DNA of 64,000 bases, from positions 874-64,873 of the forward strand of contig SFPR01000002.1 in the NCBI GenBank assembly GCA_004551865.1. The letters are read 5' to 3'. Position numbers and translations under genes: made by a program. Shown here one piece after another: positions 55,606 through 61,756 of this stretch (position 1 is its first letter; each line of letters starts with the position of its first letter). This DNA is from Bacteroidales bacterium (GTDB lineage: Bacteria > Bacteroidota > Bacteroidia > Bacteroidales > P3). The notes under the pieces are model-generated. The model saw only the letters and a list, made by a program, of their open reading frames with translations. It did not search any database and had not been told where the DNA came from.

Positions 55606-56937
55606 ATGAATACATTCAAGTTGGGTGGCGTTCACCCTGAAGAAAACAAGATAGCAAGAAATCATTCCACAGAAACATTTGCTCTTCCTCAGAAAGCAGT
55701 GGTGTTTGTTTCCCAACATTTGGGAGCGCCTTCCACTCCTGTTGTACAAAAAGGAGAAAGGGTAAAAACAGGTCAGCTTTTGGCAAAGGCAGATGCTTTT
55801 ATTTGTGCCAATACACACTCTCCTTATACGGGTGTTATAACGAAAATTGATTTGGCAACCGACTTTAACGGATACAAGAAGCCTGCATTCTATATTGATG
55901 TGGAGCAAGACGAATGGGAAGAGGGCATTGACACCTCCGACTCGATAGAGCGAGATATTAAGTTGGAGCCTCAACAAATCATAGAGAGAATAAAGGACAG
56001 AGGGATAGTCGGTCTCGGAGGTGCTGCTTTCCCTACTCACGTCAAATATATGATTCCGAACGACAAAAAGGCGGAATACCTTATCATAAACGCAGTTGAG
56101 TGCGAGCCTTACCTGACTTCGGACAACAGAGTGCTGTTGGAACACAGCGAAGAGGTGCTTATAGGTATCGAAATAATGAAAAAGGCTTTGGGAGTAAAGT
56201 ATGCAAAAGTCGGAATAGAGAACAACAAACCCGAAGCGATTGCTCAAATGCAAAAAGCAGCCAAAGACTTTGAGGGAACGGAAATTGTACCTTTGAAAAC
56301 CAAGTACCCCCAAGGAGCAGAAAAACAGTTGGTATATGCTTTGACCAAACGAGAAATCCCAAGCGGCAAACTGCCGATAGAAGTTGGCTGTGTGGTAAAC
56401 AATGTAGGTACAGCCTTGGCAATTTATTATGCAGTTCAGAAAAACAGACCTCTGATAGACAACATACTTACCTATACCGGCAAAGACGTAAAAGAAAACA
56501 AAAACCTATTGGTAAGAGTCGGAACACCGATAAGGTCAATAATTGACTATTGCGGAGGACTTCCCGAAAGCACAGGCAAGATTATCAGCGGAGGACCTAT
56601 GATGGGAAAAGCCATTGTCAATATTGACGCTCCCACCGTCAAGACCACTTCGAGCATCTTGGTAATGACCGAAAAAGAATCGAAAAGAAAAACCCAAACC
56701 AACTGCCTTCGTTGCGGCAAATGCGTCTCTGCCTGCCCTATGGGCTTAGAACCAATACAGCTTTCATTGCTCTCTAAACAACATCGTTGGGAAGAAGCCG
56801 AAAAAGAATGTGCAATGGATTGCATCGAATGTGGTTGCTGTTTGTTCACCTGCCCTGCCGGACAGCCGTTGCTCGACTTGATAAGAGTGGCAAAAAGCAA
56901 CATAGGAGCAATACGAAGAGAAAGAAGTAAAAAATAA
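55606..56937 (+). CDS. rnfC: Rnf complex subunit C
   Basis: 443 aa. GIVGLGGAAFPTHVK NADH/FMN-site motif, AVECEPYLTSD, and two C-terminal 4Fe-4S motifs (CLRCGKCVSACP and CIECGCCLFTCP). Confidence 0.92.
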   Translation: MNTFKLGGVHPEENKIARNHSTETFALPQKAVVFVSQHLGAPSTPVVQKGERVKTGQLLAKADAFICANTHSPYTGVITKIDLATDFNGYKKPAFYIDVEQDEWEEGIDTSDSIERDIKLEPQQIIERIKDRGIVGLGGAAFPTHVKYMIPNDKKAEYLIINAVECEPYLTSDNRVLLEHSEEVLIGIEIMKKALGVKYAKVGIENNKPEAIAQMQKAAKDFEGTEIVPLKTKYPQGAEKQLVYALTKREIPSGKLPIEVGCVVNNVGTALAIYYAVQKNRPLIDNILTYTGKDVKENKNLLVRVGTPIRSIIDYCGGLPESTGKIISGGPMMGKAIVNIDAPTVKTTSSILVMTEKESKRKTQTNCLRCGKCVSACPMGLEPIQLSLLSKQHRWEEAEKECAMDCIECGCCLFTCPAGQPLLDLIRVAKSNIGAIRRERSKK

Positions 56938-56961
56938 CAATAATATATTGTAACCCTTGCA

Positions 56962-57483
56962 ATGATAAGTCGTCTGTTTTCTCCGATTGTGTTGTTGATG
57001 TGCTGTTTTACCACAATGGCACAAGCAAAGCAAATGTCAAACTACCAAAATGACACTTTCGGATACTCTTTCGACTATCCCTCGGGGTGGGAAATCGAAG
57101 AGAATTTAGAAAGCGGAACGACAACTCTTTATGTACCCTTGGCAAAAGGAGAAACGATTTACAAGCAACTTCAAATCAGCGTTGCACAATGGGAAGAGGG
57201 AACGTTGCAAGAGTTTGTCGATGTGTCGTTTGCCGAAGGTGTGTGGAGAAAGCTCTATCCCGACTTCACAATCTCCGATTTGGAAGAGACAGAAAACTCG
57301 GAAGAGAACACACGGAGCTTTGAAATGCACTACTCGATAGACGACAGAAAGGTTGTGATGCTCTGTTATCTGAAACAAAACTACGACAGAGTATATATAA
57401 TCTTGGCAGCATCACCCCAAGACGAATACAACACATACAAAGAACAATTTATGGGAGTGATAAACTCCTTGAATATTTGGTAA
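56962..57483 (+). CDS. hypothetical secreted protein inserted in the rnf operon (PsbP/DUF1795-like N-terminal motif)
   Basis: 173 aa. Signal peptide MISRLFSPIVLLMCCFTTMAQA, then FGYSFDYPSGWEIEE. It lies 24 nt after rnfC and 40 nt before rnfD on the same strand. Confidence 0.6.
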   Translation: MISRLFSPIVLLMCCFTTMAQAKQMSNYQNDTFGYSFDYPSGWEIEENLESGTTTLYVPLAKGETIYKQLQISVAQWEEGTLQEFVDVSFAEGVWRKLYPDFTISDLEETENSEENTRSFEMHYSIDDRKVVMLCYLKQNYDRVYIILAASPQDEYNTYKEQFMGVINSLNIW

Positions 57484-57523
57484 AAATTGAAGATTAAGAA
57501 CAATCAAACAAAAGAAAACTAAT

Positions 57524-58480
57524 ATGGGATTATTAAAGGTATCGGGTTCACCGCACGTTCAGAGCAGAGAAACCACAAAATCAATAATGTGGAATGTGGT
57601 TATCGCATTAGTTCCTGCATTGTTGGTAGGCATATATTTCTTCGGATTCAGAGCATTGGCACTGACATTGGTTTCGGTTGCCTCTTGCATTCTCTTCGAG
57701 TGGATAATACAAAAATTCCTCATCAAAGGACAACAAACAATCTCAGACGGCTCGGCAGTAATCACAGGAATGCTGCTTGCGTTCAACCTTCCTTCCGACA
57801 TACCTTTCTATTTGGTAATCATAGGAGCTTTGGTGGCAATAGGAATAGGCAAAATGACCTTCGGAGGCTTGGGTAAAAACCCTTTCAACCCTGCATTGGT
57901 GGGACGAGTATTCCTTTTCTTGTCTTTCCCTACCGAAGTGGCAAAATCAGACTGGCCCACACCGCAACCACTCTTCGGAAGTAAGATTGCAGACGCACTG
58001 AGCGGACCAACACCCCTTGCACAAATAGGAGCAAACAACCAAGCAGGCTTGAACAATCTCGATATGTTCTTGGGTTCGACGGGAGGAAGTTTCGGAGAAG
58101 TTGCGGCAATAGCCATAATTTTGGGAGGAATTTACCTGTTGCTCAAAAAGATAATCACATGGCACATACCCGTTGCCTTTTTGGCTTCGGCAGGTATCTT
58201 CGCTTGGATATTGAACTTGTGCGGACTTACCGTCAATCCTATCTATCATCTTTTGGCAGGAGGCATGATGCTCGGAGCCGTATTTATGGCAACCGACATG
58301 GTAACAAGCCCTGTAAGCAAAAAAGGACAACTTATCTTTGGAGCAGGCTGCGGACTTCTTACCATACTCTTCCGTTGTTTCGGACCAATGCCCGAGGGAG
58401 TTTCGTTTGCAATACTCATAATGAACGCCCTCACACCTCTAATCAACAAGGTATGTAAACCAAAACGTTTCGGATATTAA
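57524..58480 (+). CDS. rnfD: Rnf complex subunit D
   Basis: 318-aa polytopic membrane protein (NqrB/RnfD family) with an SGPTPL FMN-attachment-like motif and FMATDMVTSP. Confidence 0.92.
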   Translation: MGLLKVSGSPHVQSRETTKSIMWNVVIALVPALLVGIYFFGFRALALTLVSVASCILFEWIIQKFLIKGQQTISDGSAVITGMLLAFNLPSDIPFYLVIIGALVAIGIGKMTFGGLGKNPFNPALVGRVFLFLSFPTEVAKSDWPTPQPLFGSKIADALSGPTPLAQIGANNQAGLNNLDMFLGSTGGSFGEVAAIAIILGGIYLLLKKIITWHIPVAFLASAGIFAWILNLCGLTVNPIYHLLAGGMMLGAVFMATDMVTSPVSKKGQLIFGAGCGLLTILFRCFGPMPEGVSFAILIMNALTPLINKVCKPKRFGY

Positions 58481-58507
58481 ACAAACCCAAAAACAATAGC
58501 AAAAACC

Positions 58508-59095
58508 ATGGCAAAATTAGAATCATCATTGAAGAATATGCTGCTCAGTCTGACACTCATCTCCTTGAGTGCGTCGGCTCTTTTGGCAGGAGGCTATGCC
58601 TTGACCAAAGACCCAATCGACAAAGCGGCACAAGACAAAAAAGATAAAGCAATCAAAGAAGTTCTGCCTCAAGGAAACATAAGTTTAGACAAGCCCGTGG
58701 AAATAAAATTGGAAGGATTTGCCGATGCTTTCATCGTCTATCCTGCACGAGAGGGCGAAAAATTGGTCGGTTGTGCCATAGAGACCTACGACAACAACGG
58801 ATACGGAGGAAAAATCAAAACCATGGTAGGACTTGACAGCCAAGGAAACATCATAAACTACTCCATACTTGAAACAAACGAGACCCCCGGACTTGGAGCC
58901 AAAGCCTCCGAATGGTTCAAAACCAAAGGAGACATAAGAGGCAAGAACCCATCGCAAGAAAGTTTCAAAGTATCGAAAGACGGAGGCGAAATAGATGCCA
59001 TAACAGCCTCAACAATCACCTCGAGAGCCTTCATCGCCTCAATAAAATCGGCATACAAAGCATTTGAAAAGTATCAAGAACAATCAAAACAATAA
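58508..59095 (+). CDS. rnfG: Rnf complex subunit G (FMN-binding)
   Basis: 195 aa. N-terminal TM helix, ETPGLG motif, and DAITASTITS flavinylation-site region. Confidence 0.9.
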   Translation: MAKLESSLKNMLLSLTLISLSASALLAGGYALTKDPIDKAAQDKKDKAIKEVLPQGNISLDKPVEIKLEGFADAFIVYPAREGEKLVGCAIETYDNNGYGGKIKTMVGLDSQGNIINYSILETNETPGLGAKASEWFKTKGDIRGKNPSQESFKVSKDGGEIDAITASTITSRAFIASIKSAYKAFEKYQEQSKQ

Positions 59096-59099
59096 AGCC

Positions 59100-59684
59100 A
59101 TGAACAAGATAAAGATAATACTCAACGGAATTGTAAAAGAGAACCCCGTCTTCTGCCTTTTGCTCGGAATGTGTCCCACACTCGGAACAACCACCTCGGC
59201 AATCAACGGAATGGGAATGGGATTGTGTACAATGTTTGTGTTGATTTGCTCAAACCTTGTCATATCGCTGCTCAAAAACGTAGTACCCGACAAAGTCAGA
59301 ATACCCGCATTCATAGTCGTCATTGCCTCATTCGTAACCCTTTTGCAACTCTGCATGCAAGCATATCTGCCATCGTTGTACGAAAGCCTCGGCTTGTTCA
59401 TACCATTGATAGTTGTAAACTGCCTCATCTTGGGAAGAGCAGAAGCATTCGCAAGTCGCAACACACCATTGAACTCCATCTTTGACGGAATCGGTATGGG
59501 CTTAGGCTTCACACTCGGATTGACAATTCTTGGTTTGATAAGAGAGATGCTCGGCAGCGGTTCAGTATTCGGCTACAAATTCATAGGCGATGCAGACGGC
59601 ATATTGGTATTCGTTTTAGCTCCCGGAGCGTTCATTGTTTTGGGATACCTCATTGCAATAGTAAACAGATTGAAATCCAAATAA
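59100..59684 (+). CDS. rnfE: Rnf complex subunit E
   Basis: The ATG at 59100 gives ...ENPVFCLLLGMCPTLGTTTSAINGMGMG, the RnfE/NqrD pattern. About 194 aa. Confidence 0.9.
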   Translation: MNKIKIILNGIVKENPVFCLLLGMCPTLGTTTSAINGMGMGLCTMFVLICSNLVISLLKNVVPDKVRIPAFIVVIASFVTLLQLCMQAYLPSLYESLGLFIPLIVVNCLILGRAEAFASRNTPLNSIFDGIGMGLGFTLGLTILGLIREMLGSGSVFGYKFIGDADGILVFVLAPGAFIVLGYLIAIVNRLKSK

Positions 59685-59720
59685 AGATTACAATCCTCAA
59701 AAACAAAACATTCAACAAAT

Positions 59721-59762
59721 AAAACGGCGTTCTGCACAGAGCAGAACGCCGTTTTGTTTTTG
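59721..59762 (+). terminator. terminator AAAACGGCGTTCTGC-acaga-GCAGAACGCCGTTTT followed by GTTTTT
   Basis: 15-bp perfect stem, 37 nt after the rnfE stop, followed by a T-tract. Confidence 0.85.
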
Positions 59763-59812
59763 TGAAAAGGCGTTTTGGCAGAATAACTCGCCGATTTATT
59801 TTGCCAAACACA

Positions 59813-59883
59813 GGATTATCAAAAAAATTTTGGCTTGATAATCCGATTATCAATAAGAAAAAAATTTGATAATCCTATTATCA
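59813..59883. repeat. palindrome array 5: half-site plus A7T4, TGATAATCCGATTATCA, an A/T tract, then TGATAATCCTATTATCA
   Basis: Units at 59836-59852 and 59867-59883, ending ACCGCAAGG as in array 4 (ACCGCAAAAG). Confidence 0.9.
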
Positions 59884-59960
59884 ACCGCAAGGAGTTAGGA
59901 AAAGAGTGTACAAATCGAAGAAAAAAACGAACGCTTTTGCCATTCAATTTTTACCAAACC

Positions 59961-60000
59961 AAAATAGGCAGTCCTATGACGTCATAGGACTGCCTATTTT
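59961..60000. repeat. perfect 40-bp palindrome AAAATAGGCAGTCCTATGAC|GTCATAGGACTGCCTATTTT
   Basis: 20-nt arms with no loop and a TGACGTCA centre. The A4/T4 flanks give it the form of a bidirectional terminator. Confidence 0.85.
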
Positions 60001-60142
60001 TCTGAGCAATTTTATATAGAAGGTGCAAAAGCGTCCCTCCAAAACAGACTTTGAAAACCTCTACTTGGCGTTTTATCCGACAAATTTCACGCTTAACCGA
60101 ACAAAAACGCCGAAAATCTATTGCAAAATCGAAAAACATTTG

Positions 60143-60150
60143 TAACTTTG
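60143..60150 (+). promoter_or_regulatory. -7 box TAACTTTG, 174 nt upstream of the T9SS-CTD gene
   Basis: Exact TAnnTTTG, but the leader would be long, so assignment to this gene is uncertain. Confidence 0.3.
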
Positions 60151-60323
60151 CTGCGAGAATTTTATTTTTTCGGCAATGAAAACAAATTATATCTTTTTGC
60201 TCTGTAAGAATAACTTTGAAAGGCGATGATGTTCGTCTTGGTTTCCTTGTTGCGAACATCGGTAAAATAAGCTCAAACAAGGAAATACAGACAAAGTTAT
60301 TAAATTTAGAAAGACTAAAAGAG

Positions 60324-61460
60324 ATGAAAAGACAAACATTTTTCAAAGCAATGCTCGCTTTGAGCATAATTTTTGCAAGTTTTACGGCAAAAGCACAGTT
60401 GGATACGGCATGGTATCAAGACACTCACAGCAGTCAGTACATTTTTCCGCCCTTATTGGACAGCAATTACAGATATGAGGCAGACAATCTGATGAATAAT
60501 CTCTGTTTAAGCGGTGTAAATACTAATACAGTTGCGGTTGATAATGGCGATCAAGGTTTGGGAAATATCAGACGCTTTGCTCAACGATATGAAGTAAGAG
60601 ATAGTCTCAAAATAATGGGTGTTTCATTGTTTGTTGTAGGAAGTCCATCGCTTGGTCACATGGATTGCGATACCGTAACAGTAGGGATTTGGGACGAAAC
60701 CCTGTCGAATGAATTGTACTCAAAAACGTTTGTATCGGGAGGAATTACACCATATGCAAACGGATTTAGGTTTGTAGAATACCTTTTTGATGATACCATT
60801 ACATTGTATGGTGATTATCATGTTTCTATATCGTATAACGACCCTTGTCCGTTCTATGATTTGGGTCTTGAAACTGCATTTACATGGCTTTTTATGAAAG
60901 CATACCTTACAGTCGGCTTCGGGGGTACAAACGATGAAACCTATTGTCCTCCTGCAGGTTGCGGAACGAAATATCCTTTGTATGTTTCCTATTGTAACGG
61001 AGAGAGAATGTCAGATTGGGTTCGAGCAGTTGACATAAATAATTGGTTTGCTGAATGGTCTTCATACCCACACCATGCCACATATATTCGTTCTCCTTTA
61101 GCAAATTGCGACACCATGGTTTATGCTCCTGCAGCTATCTGTCCGATAAGAGCGTTGGAAGATACCGTTTCGCAAGATACGGTTTCGCAAGACACGACTT
61201 CGAGCAGCGTTTTGTCGGTTGAGCTTTTGGAAAAGGCGGTAAGGCTTTATCCAAATCCTGCAAATGAGGTATTGAACGTTGCTTGTGATTATGATATTGA
61301 GAGCATTGCAGTTTTCGATGTGCTAAATCGCTTGGTCGAAGAGCGAAAAGTAAACTCCAAAACACTACAACTGTCTCTTGCAAACTACGCTCAAGGAACG
61401 TATTTCATAACAATAACCACTCCGAAAGGCAAGCTGAACAAAAAGTTCGTTGTTCAATAA
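60324..61460 (+). CDS. secreted protein with a T9SS C-terminal sorting domain
   Basis: The ATG at 60324 gives MKRQTFFKAMLALSIIFASFTAKAQ. The linker has a 15-bp tandem repeat (DTVSQDTVSQDTTS, 61161-61205). CTD: VRLYPNPANEVLNV...GTYFITITTPKGKLNKKFVVQ. Confidence 0.8.
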   Translation: MKRQTFFKAMLALSIIFASFTAKAQLDTAWYQDTHSSQYIFPPLLDSNYRYEADNLMNNLCLSGVNTNTVAVDNGDQGLGNIRRFAQRYEVRDSLKIMGVSLFVVGSPSLGHMDCDTVTVGIWDETLSNELYSKTFVSGGITPYANGFRFVEYLFDDTITLYGDYHVSISYNDPCPFYDLGLETAFTWLFMKAYLTVGFGGTNDETYCPPAGCGTKYPLYVSYCNGERMSDWVRAVDINNWFAEWSSYPHHATYIRSPLANCDTMVYAPAAICPIRALEDTVSQDTVSQDTTSSSVLSVELLEKAVRLYPNPANEVLNVACDYDIESIAVFDVLNRLVEERKVNSKTLQLSLANYAQGTYFITITTPKGKLNKKFVVQ

Positions 61461-61510
61461 AGTCAAGTCGAACTTCGACAAAAGGAATTGAATAAGAGAA
61501 TATTAAAAGC

Positions 61511-61546
61511 GGCGTTTTCATCAAACCAAAACGCCGTTTTGTTTTT
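61511..61546 (+). terminator. terminator GGCGTTTT-catcaaacc-AAAACGCC followed by GTTTTGTTTTT
   Basis: 8-bp stem plus a T-tract, 50 nt after the stop at 61460. Confidence 0.7.
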
Positions 61547-61564
61547 CTGAAAACAGCAATTATT

Positions 61565-61678
61565 TAACGCTTTTGCCCTTTCTGGGCGAATATTTTAATG
61601 AATTATCAACTCTGGGCAACGCTTACGCTCTGCCCCGAACTAATCTATTTTGGACTTTCAGCCCGAGAGTTGTGCAAA
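61565..61678 (-). repeat. inverted, diverged copy (C) of the 17192/18446 repeat module
   Basis: AACGCTTTTGCCCTT...GCTTACGCTCTGCCCCGA.CTAA...TTTTGGACTTTCAGCCCGAGAGTTGTGC is the reverse complement of the module at 18446-18558. Confidence 0.75.
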
Positions 61679-61756
61679 AAGGCGTTTTGTCGGAATAAAT
61701 CGGAGATTGGATTTTGATTGTCGGTTTGGCTTTTCTTGTTACCTTTGCAAATGGTT

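Noticed and set aside
54586-56313. A 575-aa ORF on the minus strand spanning rnfB and rnfC
   Set aside because: It is entirely antisense to two well-supported genes with clear Fe-S and NADH-site motifs. The product is Cys/Phe/Arg-rich low-complexity sequence with no motif, promoter box or signal. It is best explained as a codon-bias shadow ORF.
59951-60367. A 138-aa minus-strand ORF in the rnfE to T9SS-gene spacer
   Set aside because: It overlaps the 40-bp palindrome, a plus-strand promoter box and the 5' end of the T9SS gene. The sequence is low-complexity and Phe/Cys/Lys-rich, and I found no upstream -7 box.
61740-61747. A TACCTTTG box as the promoter for the ydiJ-like gene
   Set aside because: It lies only 4-10 nt from the candidate ATGs (61751 and 61757), which is too close for a conventional leader. 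It may be coincidental or may imply a leaderless mRNA, so I did not list it as a feature.
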